From NCBI GenBank assembly GCA_002633005.1, contig NMRA01000799.1, positions 62,001 to 126,000 on the forward strand: a stretch of 64,000 nt of DNA. Reading direction: 5' to 3'. Below the pieces are notes generated by a model that was not told where the DNA came from, did not search any database, and was given only the letters and a program-made list of their open reading frames with translations. The stretch comes from Phoronis australis (lineage: Eukaryota > Animalia > Phoronida). Below, in pieces: positions 12,201 through 24,473 of this stretch; the first letter of the stretch is position 1, and every line of letters begins with the position of its first letter. A program made the position numbers and the translations under genes.

Positions 12201-14700
12201 CAGGCTCTCAAGTAGTTTCAGGTAAAAGTAGGAAAAGGTAGGAACTGTGAAGTGAAAATTAGGAAAAATTAGACACAAGGGCAAGGCTGGCGTTCATGAG
12301 TAGTTTTCATCGATACTTAGCAATGACGTTCACATTATGTTACAGACAGTTTTCACCATAAGACTGATATAATATCACAAACCAAACTTAATCTGTGCAA
12401 GAGGTAATCCTAAAACAAAAATGAACGTGTATTCAGCTAGTAAAATGTATTATAACTAGACATTCAACAGTCAGTTTTGTAACAGAAACATGTCAAATAA
12501 AATGTGTCAGACCATAAGAAAAGTAAAACAAAAATAAATCAGGGCATAACAAAAGACGAACAGTGAGAACCAAGATGTGTTATGACTACACGATGCCAGG
12601 TAAGCGTGGACATATAATATATGACTAGACAGAAATAAAACTGAAACGGTTGATATGACTTACAAAACACATTCAGCAACTTGTTTCCTAGGGCATCAAT
12701 GGTGACCCCGCGAGTGAGAATGACCACTTCAGTAGAAAGTGAATCATTGCTACAGTAACGTTTACTCTATAAACTAAGCAAGCGTAGAAGAATAGCTCTC
12801 CGAAATTTTTCTTCGGTTAATTCTAACGCCTCTAGGTTCTTCATGGAAGTCTCCATTTTCTTGATGACCACTTCCATCAAGCCTTGTAATTCTACGTAAA
12901 ACTTCTCAGCTACTTTCAGTTCTCTGCAGTCTATTGCTCTTCTCTTGTGACTTTCTTTTATCTTTTATCTTCTTCCATTTCACCAGAAAGGCATCTATGC
13001 TATCTTGTTGCTGTTCACGCGACTTTTCTCCGGTCTGTCACTCTTTTCCAAAAAGCACTGCATGCAAATTTTTGGGCCTGTCTCCAGCACGTTCTTCCAA
13101 AATCGGTCAGCAATTAGATACACATCAGAACTGGTATCTCGGTACCAACCCTCCGGAATGTTTTGCACGTGGTATAATCTCCACTTTCTGTCAGCAATAA
13201 CATTACTTCTTGACTGATAACTTGATTCATTTCCTTGGCAGTTCTTTCCACAGTCTGTACCATTTGTTCAGCCTTTTGCAATAGTTGGTGAAGTACAGTC
13301 AGATCTTTGAGAAGCTCACATCTAAGTGGAAGCTTATTGACTAAACATTCCGTGACAGTTTGGTAGAACTTCCTCATTTGTTTAAGTGACACATTTTGGC
13401 GTTGTGGCTTCACCTTTGCCAATGTTTCTCGAGTGGATTCTCTAATCACAAGGTCAGACAGCTGATTTTTCTTGACTGAGAAAATGTACATGCAGGCGCG
13501 TTTCTACAGTTGTTTGGTCGACTGCATCTGATTTCAGTAATTGCAGCATCAAAGGGTGTACCATTTCTGACAGTTGGTCGTGTAAGATATGCACCAGTGA
13601 CTCCTTTATTGAAAACAGACCAAAATCGATTGTAGAAGGGTTCCAAGTTGTCAAGAAAACGCAGTTCTACTTTTATAAGAGGGTCTTTCAACTTTTGGCA
13701 GGTCCTCTTCTGCCTTTCATTTGCTTGCAGAGACTTTTCAGTTCTGTTTTCTCTGGCATTCTTCGGACGATCCTTGAAGAAGGATTGTTTAAGTTCTACC
13801 AAGCTTCCAGTGACTCTTCTTAATGCAGAAATGAGTGTAAGTCATCTAGACTGGACATGTTTGATTAATGTTTCTTCGCCAAAGCCAAGTTAAAGCTGGA
13901 TCTCAATAAAGTCTTGTATGCGACATGGGGAGGCTTTGCGGTAATAGAACAGATCTAGTGCCAGCTGTCCTTCACCTTCATCAAATACATGTTTGCGTGC
14001 TTAACGAATCGAAACAAAGATTATGTAGTATCGCCAAATTCCTTCAGAAAGCAGATGTGACATCTTGGTCATACTCGCTCTGCAGTGTTCAGATAAATCT
14101 CCAGGGAATTCTTTTTAAAAAATACAGGCATTCCATCACAAGAGGAGTAGCCGTTGTGGCTTTATGCCACTTCGGGAGTCCACAAAATTTCCGCGGATGT
14201 CGCCTTTAAACTACGTGTAAACGCTTTGCTACTGTTTTGTCCTGGAGAAGGTTTCCTTTCACAAGGGGTCGTACGATGTTCTAAGCTTGAAGCATTTTTA
14301 ATTTTTTTGATTGCATTCAAAACTTGTTTTTGTGATGTCTCTGTGTTTCCTGCCTTTGGTGTGATGAAAAAGTCGCTGCAGTCCTGAATTACCACATTGA
14401 AAAAACACTTGCAACAAAATAAGCAGAAGGCTTTACTTATTAAATTTGTGCCTGCTCGGCACCAAAATACCATTTTGTGGCTTGATTTATCTGTTTTGTC
14501 CAACCAGAAATTCTGGAAACTGGTCTTAGAATAAAAAATGACAGAAATAATTTTGATATCCAGTACAAAGTTGAAACCCCTGGTCATAGTGTTTTGGTGA
14601 TGTGTAGCAGTACCCTCCACATTGAATGTGACATAGAGTCAAACTATGGTGTTGAAAGTATCAGTTTTTGTTTTAGTTTATGATACCACATTTTCTTTCG
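12201..14700 (-). mobile_element. Decayed hAT-like DNA transposon (transposase pseudogene)
   Basis: Minus-strand fragments AEILW, LIKHVQSR*LTL, LRFLDNLEPFYNRF and SLVHILHDQL with stops and frameshifts; CAGGCTCTCAA terminus at 12201; other end unresolved. Confidence 0.65.
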
Positions 14701-17700
14701 CCAACAATATGGTAATTTTCCCATTGTTGCTTTACACATGTTTTAATTAGGTATGTTTATGCACTGCAGTACTGCTATTTGGGTACAGGGATGCATTCCT
14801 ACTTACGAGCACTGCTGGTACTACAATTCAACTGTTATCACAACATAGCAAATGTGTACTTCCTTGTTTGCAAATCAGGTTTGTCTAATCTTGAAGAAAC
14901 GTGAGCTGTGTAAATAATCTGGGTACAATGCTGTCTGTACCCTCTATGCCCACCGCCATCCTGCTCTCTATGGCCGGTGAGGGAGTAAAAGTAATACGGA
15001 GCTGATCAGTAAATATATAATGTGTGTGTTGATAATAATACTATTAAGAACACGCACTCTATCATATAACCAGTTCAGGACACAGTATGGACGATGTTTG
15101 AAAGTTCAGTTTCTCTTTATTTCACCAAAGACATAAATAGCACCAAAGCAATTCTTGGCTATGCTGCCACTTTTTGCCATAGCTGCCAACAAATTATGCT
15201 ATGAAAATCCGTGGCCATTCAGATTGATCTTAGGAAAAATAAAAACGCAGTTTTGACAGATATTCTTGTCTTAAGTTTTGAGACTTTACTGTATCTTCTG
15301 AGAATACATGTACCTGTCACTGTATCATGCAGAATTTTGTGTGGTTGATGCCGGATTACTTTACTGAAAGTTGTGTCTCAACTTCACCAGTTCAAGGATT
15401 TTTGTTGGAACTGGTCAAGTCGTGACCCCAAATGTCTGAGTGTTAATCAGTGTCTTGCTATTTCGTAAGTCTGTAAATGAAGATTAGATTTCCTGAAACT
15501 GTCTTTTCACCGGCATCCTCAGCTGAGTGTTTATATTGTCCAGGTAAGGTGGATAGAAATATTGTTATCTGCTATAAGTTTGCCATTTATCTAATGTTCA
15601 TTTTAACAGAAGATATGGCTAGAATTTGGCTTTGGAACCGTATTGTTTTCTAGGACTACTTTGAAAAGCTCGTGTGTAGTTATGATACTCAGGAATTTGC
15701 CAGTGTCAAGTATAAAGATTTTCAAAAATTATGGTGTTTACTTTTACCTATGGCCTAGAAGCTATTGTGGACAAAAAGTATTGAAAATATCCAGATCTTT
15801 TTTAGAAAAGAATCACTTTTTCGGAAATCAAGGATTGTCTCGGAAACGTTGAGTCCTAGCTGAGTCACACAAAAACTGCGTAAGTCGTTCCAACAGTATT
15901 TTATGGACACGTTTTGTTTAATACAGAAGTGTCATGAAACACCTGACACTACACGGGATATTTACAGCAGGTTAAACTACGTCTCATCATGTTTAGGTGG
16001 ACAGAACCAAAAACGATTTATGCTTTATATTCTCATCAAACTGGTTTTATGATTTTACCATGAGTGGTGTTTATTTTCGTTGTCAACAAGAACACCTAGA
16101 AGCCATCAGTGACTCGGAAAAGCGATTCAAAGTTTATAGGGATAGGCCAACTTTAAAATTGCGTGTCTTCCGGTAAGTTGGTGACTACACACATCGTGAT
16201 TTTTGTTTCTCAGTAATTTTTTATCATTATATTCAAAAATGGGACGGTCGAAAAAGTAACATCATCACCAGGGCGCACAGATGTCGGAAGAGTGCCTAAG
16301 AATGAGTCTGTGTAGAAAAAGACATTTCAAGTGTTTAAATATAAGTCAATGAAGATTTCTTCAAGGAAGCGTATTTCGAGACTACACAACTGTCTCCACG
16401 GGTAGACGAAGTGTGGCTGAATATAGAGACCGGTTGGTGATTGACGGTAAAACCAAAACAGTTGAGAATACGAATGATGTTACGAGCTTCGGTTGAATGA
16501 CAGCAGCTCAAGAGAGGTTCCACAGGAGTGTGTGTAAACGTATTCGTTTATTAGTAGCCTAGATGAAAACGTCATCCTTCTTTACATCTAGATGTACATT
16601 CTCACAGCATAATGATTTTCAAGGTTTTAAACTATACAAAACGGTTAGAAATTGCTTAACCTGAAACAACTATTAAGTACAATGTAAATCTATTGTTAAA
16701 AAATGGGTCATTTTTAAATTCATTATCCAAGAAACAAAAACTGCAATTAATCCAGCCTATGTCTAAACTACCCACATACATATATTATACTACTTATATG
16801 TTGCAAAAAATTGACCGTTGACGGGTTTCTCATCAAGGTTTATAGTGAGACTAGGCAAAACGCGCACAAAAACACTCAGTTTAAAGGACCTGTGTCCATG
16901 AGTGAAGCCTGCGTGTCAGACTTATCTGACATGCTCTTCGGTATTTTTCGAAGCAAAACACATTAGTTTAATTGCTTCGGACACAACCGTATTCGTGTAA
17001 ATGCACGAAAACAATGGAGTTAAAGTAACAAAGAACGTAAACAAGAATAAATTGCATTACTGGACGTGCTTCTGTGACACTGAAACAGAATTCAAACTGT
17101 TAACCAGGCATTTTTACGTTTTGTCCGTAAAAATTTTGAATTTCTGTTGATATAAGAGCATCTTCCTTCAGTTTCAATTAAAAAAAACGATGTGTCAAAT
17201 GGTCGTCACTTCCTTGATTTTCCTCCTACACGGCAAAGCACCTCACCTTATTTGGTATGGCATGACATAGTCGTAGCACAATTCCTTTTTATGGGAAATT
17301 TGACTGTTGACGTTAAAGGAGAATGCCACCCGATTTAGTCTTTTTTACCGTCTTAACTGCACTATATCCACATAGCCTCTTATACAGACGACCTCAGCTT
17401 GACGAGAGTTGTCGCGGTAACTTGTGAGGAAGGTGAGAAACGACGCAGCGACGTCAGTGATTCATCTGCAGAGTGAATGCCGCTTGTCCTAACTACTATG
17501 AAGCTGCGAAGAAAACGGGTATATCATTTTTTCGACTTCATCGAATGCCCAAATGCTTAGGAAGTGGCTCGCGGTAGTGAAGAATGGAAAGTACGCTGTT
17601 AATAGCAAAAAAAATAGTATGAGGCCGTGAAACATCTCCGTGTCTGTGGCCGGCATTTCGTCGACAGAGATTTCTCTGACAAATTCCGGCTTACCAAGGA

Positions 17701-18041
17701 ACTAACCATACGTTCTGTTGCCTGTGCATGTTCGTGGCGCCTCTTGTATTTCTTGTTCAGTGTATTCGGGTTCGAACTGATAGCCTGAGAAACCTAACGA
17801 TCCGACCCATAGCTCTCGACAAAGTTAGGATTGGCGCCGGGCGAGTTGCCGTGCATGTAGACGCTTATAATTCTGCGTTCTGTTTCAAAATGATTTTTTC
17901 TCCCCCTAACCAATGCTTATATAAAACTGACACAAATTCTGTGCCATTGGGAATATTCGTGAGTGCAAATTTTTTGATAAGCCAGCAATGAATAAAGCAC
18001 TGCTTTACTCGGCCGGCTTTAGATGTTATAAAGGTACATGT

Positions 18042-20744
18042 AATGGGGCTATTCGGAGGATTCTCCTCGCGGTGTCGCTGCTGTACTAGTGGTTATTGAA
18101 TTGCGCATGCGTGGCTGTCTGCATGTAAACAGCTGGTAAAAGGTGGTATTTTTATCAAAATACGTCGTCGCGCTAAGCCTTATTACTGCTAATTTCCCTG
18201 GTGCAAGTCTTCGACAGGTGGCCACAAATTCCCAAAAGACCTAAGGTTACTATGTTCGTGGACAATTGCGGTCAACAGGGTCAACTAACTGACAAAAAGT
18301 GTGTAGATGCTGAAGCCCCGTGTGTGCTCTATGACTATGCAGTACGTTCCTGGCATTCAGAGACTACACAACATTACTTGGTGAGTTTTAGCAATCAGTT
18401 TCTATCAACATCGTTCGGTGATGTTATCCCCACCAGTTACCCCACTGAATAACAGGTTTATTGAGTGGAACTAAGTGTTTCTTTTTGGAAACTCACCCGA
18501 TGCCGGGTAGGCTAGCAGCACATATTCATATTGTCCTGGGTGGGAGTGCTCCCAAAATAAGAGGTGTATGGTACGTGATGCACAGAAGTCAAGAGTGACT
18601 TTTTCACAGCAGTTTTTCTTCAAAACTATGCTGTTTCCAATAAAATTCTCTAGATGAGTGAGTTTCCTTATTTTATCGTGGACCCCACCCCCAGGACCAC
18701 CAGCTCAGTTATCAAATTAACATGAATAAGCCTTAATTTAGTAAATGTCGTAACATTGCAATGGAAAAAAATTGCTTGTTGAGATCAGAAGCACATTTTA
18801 AGTGTCATGAAAAATACACATTGTTAAATCACTTTTAGCCTGTTTCACATATTTTAATTCAGATATTAAATAAGACTTGGGTACAAAGGTTATTAGTTTC
18901 TACGCATCAACATGAAGATGAAATGTATGTTCTGCCTTACAAAAGTAGTTTTGTCTGGTCTTTTCTTTTACAATTTGCTAATATTTCTATTCTGTTACAG
19001 GCGAGAAAAAACAACTGAAACCAACCGCCTGACCATCTATTTCACCGGTGGAAAAAGTGAAAAGCAATCCTTCAGCAATAACCTGAGAGAATTGAACGTA
19101 ATTCAGAACTTCATCACCTGATATGCCTGATTATGGACTCCCTTGCAATGTTGTTTCTTTCTGTGCTTTTTCAGTTTGCCATTTGTTTTTAAATACAGTG
19201 ATAATTGTTTATTCTCGAATCTTGTGCATAGCAGATTCTTATTCAGCTAGCTACAATTGAAAACATACAATAAGACAATCGATGCAGTCACTGAATGTCA
19301 TTTCCCCATAATCTGTACCAAATTGAAAAGTTTTTACCAATAGTATAAAGCCTTTCTTCTGAAAGGAAAATTTAATGTCACTCAGCTTTTGGCTTTCATT
19401 TCACTGGGTTCTAGTTTCAATGGCCTATAGAAGCGCTTGTAACCGTAAAAAAGGTCAAGTTTCAACACGTGGCTTTCTTTCATGTAACCTCGTTCAGCCT
19501 CAATAACATCCACAATTAGACCCTTGAAGGTAAACACAGCAGCATATCACTTGAATCGTTTTGAGCCCAAAATCAGACTCTGAACTAGACCAGAGTGTGA
19601 CTAGGTCTTCTTTAGCTTCAGTCCCTCATGTTTCTTCCAGGAAAGGAAATAAGCTATTGTCCACACATGACTCATTGCCTATGAAAGGGCATCCTCACCA
19701 ACAAGGCTTATTTGTGTAGNNNNNNNNNNNNNNNNNNNNNNNNNNNNNNNNNNNNNNNNNNNNNNNNNNNNNNNNNNNNNNNNNNNNNNGTGAAGGTTAA
19801 GAATTACCTCACCATGCTCTTTTCCCCAAACATGTATTACCTGTTATTTCCACACATTCAGTTGTACCAAATATTACAACCCCCCATGCCAATCCCCCCT
19901 CGGGACCTGAATAAGTAATTTAACAAAATGACTTTAAAAATAGCTGTTCCTTTTCAAAGGCTTTGTTCGTTGTCTCCGATATTGAAAGTAGGCTTTGACA
20001 ACAGATCTGCACTGGATGGGAAGATCTTGTTGGTTAGCTGCAGTCAAATGCTAAAAACCAATTTTTGTCCATTCAGGGACGGTGCAGTCTGCAGAAGCGA
20101 TGCATATCTCCTCTGCACGGTACAAGCCTTCAAACCTAAAAACCAAAGGTTACGTGAAAACTGACGTGATAGATTTCCATTTCAACGTGTAATAGATTTC
20201 CAGAAGACATATGATAGGGAGTAAACAAATACTAGTCTAATACGTACCCTTTGCCATTGGGATTGGATTGTAATCTTAACTCATTAAACTGTATAGAGTT
20301 GACAGCATAAACATTCAGCATTGATTGATGTAACTGTCACTGATAAACTTTTAGAAATCATTCCAAACAATAATAATACTTTGATGTACGAAAAGATCAC
20401 GATTGCTACGTCAAGTATCGTATCACATATCACAACATACAAAGATTAACCAGACTCTGGCTGGCGACTGACTGCCGCGAAGTCGACATCGGCGAGTACC
20501 TCAGTTAACAGGCATCGGTAGAATAATCATGGAATAATCGTTAAAACAAACCTTACCTTTGTATGAGGTCGTGCTTACTTCCTCTCATAGAAGCACCCTT
20601 TTTACGCAATCTCAGATTTAGTTGGCACGGCTGCAAGACATTTCACTATGTATTTAAAGGGCTCGCGAAATCGAGGCTGTTAATCTAACAACACTAGTAC
20701 ACGCACGCCCTCTAGTTATTGTAGATTTTCCGAATAGCCCCATT
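18042..20744. mobile_element. Nested TIR element inside the Kolobok
   Basis: AATGGGGCTATTCGGA ... TCCGAATAGCCCCATT inverted termini with a shared subterminal TGTACTAGTG; no TSD seen; spans the assembly gap. Confidence 0.55.
19720..19789. other. Assembly gap (70 N)
   Basis: Run of n. Confidence 1.
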
Positions 20745-23700
20745 GACCGGGCACCGAGGCTGTGTGAGCGCATGGTAACTCAGTGTTTGCTGACAGAAAG
20801 CTGTTGTGAAACAAAAACTCGATTTTATATGCTATGCTCACATGTTAGGGGAATCTTTATTTAGATATACAAATACATTATTCAAATCATTGTTACTGTA
20901 TAACCTTTGCACTGGCGATTCTGGGGAAGGGGCACCTGTCTTCTTCGCGGACCCCGACAAGTAAGTAGATTTTCAGTTTCGTGGATAATTCACATAAATA
21001 GTTGCGTGCACATTATTTCTTTGGCTCACGATTATAGTCTTCGTGACTGGCAGTTTAGTTTCCAATTCAAGCTGGTTTATGTTAGTGCCAGTCCCGGCGG
21101 CCGCGACGTGCCTGATCGGATTCCGAGCCACTTACGGGGAGTGACAAGCGTTTTGTCTATACATCTGAAATAATCGCAAATTTAAAAGTACAACACACAG
21201 CTATGTTCCCCCGTCTGTATTTCACGGACGAATAATTCGAATTCATCACCAATCAGACCCAAACTCCCGCGATCGACCATGGTAAATTGGCCTACCGAAC
21301 TTTGTAGGCTACGGTACTCTCAAATACCTAAAAATCCGTAGCAGTGAAATAAAACAACACGTTTGTTCCAGAACTCAATGTATTTGTAAGGGGTTTACAG
21401 CGAATGTTGATGACTTATAGGTTTAAAACGATGAAGTCAAGCGATAAGTTGATAACAGTAGGCATGTTGGGAACGGCTAAACAGACAGCGTTCGAACCGA
21501 TTACGTCATTGGTTAATTTCAATACCTCCGTCTGCCGTTAGGTGTCAGGTAAAACAAGTGAACTTGCTGTTATGGAGTGGCACTACTCGATCTAAACTGA
21601 AACAAAATAGGTTGCTTTTTGGGTTGCATTCTCCTTTAAGGTAAAGAAACAATGGTGATCACAGACAGCAGTCAGTAGTCAGACAGCCTTGTCCCCAAAG
21701 CGTCGAGATGGTTTAGCCATTCGAGACTTGATGATGAGAAACTCACTTGTCAGAACTCTGACATATATTTACGAAAATTGCCGGAATATCACGAGTTACA
21801 TAAAGTCATATCACACCTGAAATTTGCTGTAGTATAATACAAAAATCAAAATCAGCTGTAATTATGCAACGATTTAGGTCATTGAAAATTGATGCATTTA
21901 AATTCAAAAGCAGGATATATTCCATGGTGCTGTGAGTAAAACAGAACCGACAATAACTTCGCGAGCACCTCTTTTTTCAACCAATAACGAAAACAGTGAC
22001 TTCTGCTTCCCACTCACGATTGGTACCAACAGCAGCGCCTGTGGAAATAGTCAAATCTGCACATGGATCTCATTTATTTTCTAAGAAAAACATTCAAATT
22101 TGTCACATCAAAGAAGCAAGGACAAGACTTGAGGTATTTCAAGTATTCAAATGTTTGTCCGCAGTGAACGTCGTCTACGTCACCACGAAGAAGGTATTTC
22201 TCTTTACTAAACCTCTTTACTAAACCTCTTTACTAAACCTCAAATGGCTGAACTGATCAGCGCCATCTTGAGGTTTGGCGGGACGAGGTTGCCACTCCGA
22301 CTTCTTTGGGCGCATGCACACATTTACAGTTCTTAGGTGCGGCTAATTTAAAAACCGGATTGGGATGGAAGACTTTGTGATGCTTGGATGTTTCGCCGAG
22401 GCGTTAGTGACGATCCATAGTTGGTTGTTGAGGCGGGTTAGGGTAATCATGGGTGGAGAGTGCTTTTTGGGCCGAGATAAAAGCAACGATTTACACATCA
22501 ATCTATGCAATGCTAATTTTAAGTTAGCACTCGTAGATGGAGGTGTCCGGGGGAAGTGGAAAAATGCACAGTAGGGGATGACCTTCGACATAGATTTCGT
22601 GGACATGTTGAAGGAAAGCAATTGTCGAACAGTACTGGGTTTTGACAGGAGGGAAAAGTGGTTGTACCAGTTGACTGGCTTGCAAAGCACCCATTTCCAA
22701 AATCCAGTCAAGAACTGTTCTGTTTTTGAGTACTAAGACTGTTCTCTTAGAGGTTGGACGGATATTGGCTTGCGAAAACAAAAATCATTTCCAGTTTAAT
22801 TCAGTGGTCTTCTACCAAGTTTAGTAACGACTTCTGCTTTCATAAAATTCCCCAGTTCATGACATGTCAGTTGTTCCTGTGCAATTTTTGTAGCAACTGA
22901 AACCTAAAAATGGGTTGGACACCAATCGTAAGGTCGGTCTTGACTATGAATAACTATTGACCTATCTTCTGAAAAAAGAGTCTACGCCAGGCATACGTGG
23001 GCGTTGGGGCTTTGCGTACCGTTCGACGTCTGCGATACGTGTAACTAAACGAAAACCGCCAAAGGATTTCTTGACTTAAGACGAAAGCTTGAAATACTCT
23101 AACTTGTCGATCAGCAGCAGGCAGAATACTGCTGGAATCGACGGGCACAAAACAACATTGACGTAGAGGTAGAGTTGACGGCGTACAGGTGATGGTAGGT
23201 GGCGCAACTGGAACTTCTGCGGCCGCGAACACTGGGTTCACCACGCAAAATAGTTGATCTCTTCGAAAAAATCGTGATTCGTCGGTGAAAGGATGTCCCT
23301 TATAATAGGTAATGCATAGAAGACGTGGAATCCTGGATACATCTGAGCTCCTCAAGTAGTGAGCTTGAGAAATGTCAGTCATTTTTATAGGAAAGACGTG
23401 CTGTGCAACTCGGCACCGTATCTACACTAAATAAGTTGGGATAGACCTGGGTTGACTAGCTTGAGAGGGTCAGCCAATTAAATTCAGTCGTGCGTATAAC
23501 GCCAACAATTCAATACCCTTGAAGAGGCAACTTAAATTCAAATATTACCGGATGTTTTTCAGATGTTAACCAAGCGTTACACTCTTTGTAGATTTTAATC
23601 GCCATTCAGTGGTATGTTTTCACTGTGTTCCGGAGTTCCATTGTCAAAATAAATTGATTTCTGGTGCTGCAATTATTTCCACTATTTAACATTAGTCAAA

Positions 23701-24035
23701 TGATATGCAGATGTGTTATTTGTGTTTGACCGGGATAAAATCTACAAGAGAAGTTTATGTCATGTAATTTTGATGTGAGGCTGACAGATGACCCAAAGGT
23801 CACATACATGTAACAAAGAGATTGACCCTTTTACCTTTCAAGTGCTGGCTTACATGTGTTTACGAGGACGCAAGAGATGTGAATACATGTAGTTGCCCAG
23901 TCGTGAATAACGCTCAGTGCGATCAAAGCTTCTGATGGAAGAGGATTGTTAGGCGCAACTGCTTTGCTGTTCAAAAGTGACGTTGAAGTCTTTCATCAAC
24001 CAACTTACAGTAACAGCCAACCTTGACCACGTGAA

Positions 24036-24473
24036 ATGAATGTTGAGAAGTTTTTCGAAGTAACTGGGGGATTTGGAAAATTCCAGAAACTACATTACAG
24101 CTTGTTGTCACTATGTGGACTTCTAGGTGCATTTTCTATGATGCCTTACGTCTTTCTAACTGCCATCCCTGACTACTGGTGTGCTCCGCCGGTAGAATTC
24201 CTGAATCTATCTCTAGCTGAACGAAAAGTTCTAACTATACCAGTAGAGAGTTCGAAGGAATACAGCAAATGTACAATGTTCGACTGGTCTGGAATAAATG
24301 AAACCAGCAGTTGGAATGCCACAGTTTTCAAGTACAAGCAAACTTTGTCAACGTGGAATCAGACAGAGAGTGATGGATTGGGATACTCGTTAAATGTCTC
24401 CTCGCTACCGATTAAACAGTGTTCATCCTGGGAATACGATAGATCATTGTATTCCAGTTCTGTTGTCATGGAG
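24036..24473 (+). CDS. SLC22: SLC22 copy A exon 1 (TM1 and large extracellular loop)
   Basis: ATG...ATGGAG|gtaagg; Cys-containing loop with several NxS/T sites. Confidence 0.93.

Larger units (their letters stand above)
17317..21635 (+). mobile_element. Kolobok-like DNA transposon with THAP remnant
   Basis: TTAA at 17313-17316 and 21636-21639; TIR AGGAGAATGC(C/A)ACCC, 14/15 match; THAP-like GISFFRL...W...KHLRVCGRHFVDRDF at about 17470-17680. Confidence 0.85.

Noticed and set aside
12201-15860. TTGAGTCCTAG near 15850 as the right TIR of the hAT element
   Set aside because: The match is poor, there is no TSD, and the adjacent sequence is homologous to 43600-43760, so it belongs to the duplicated unit.
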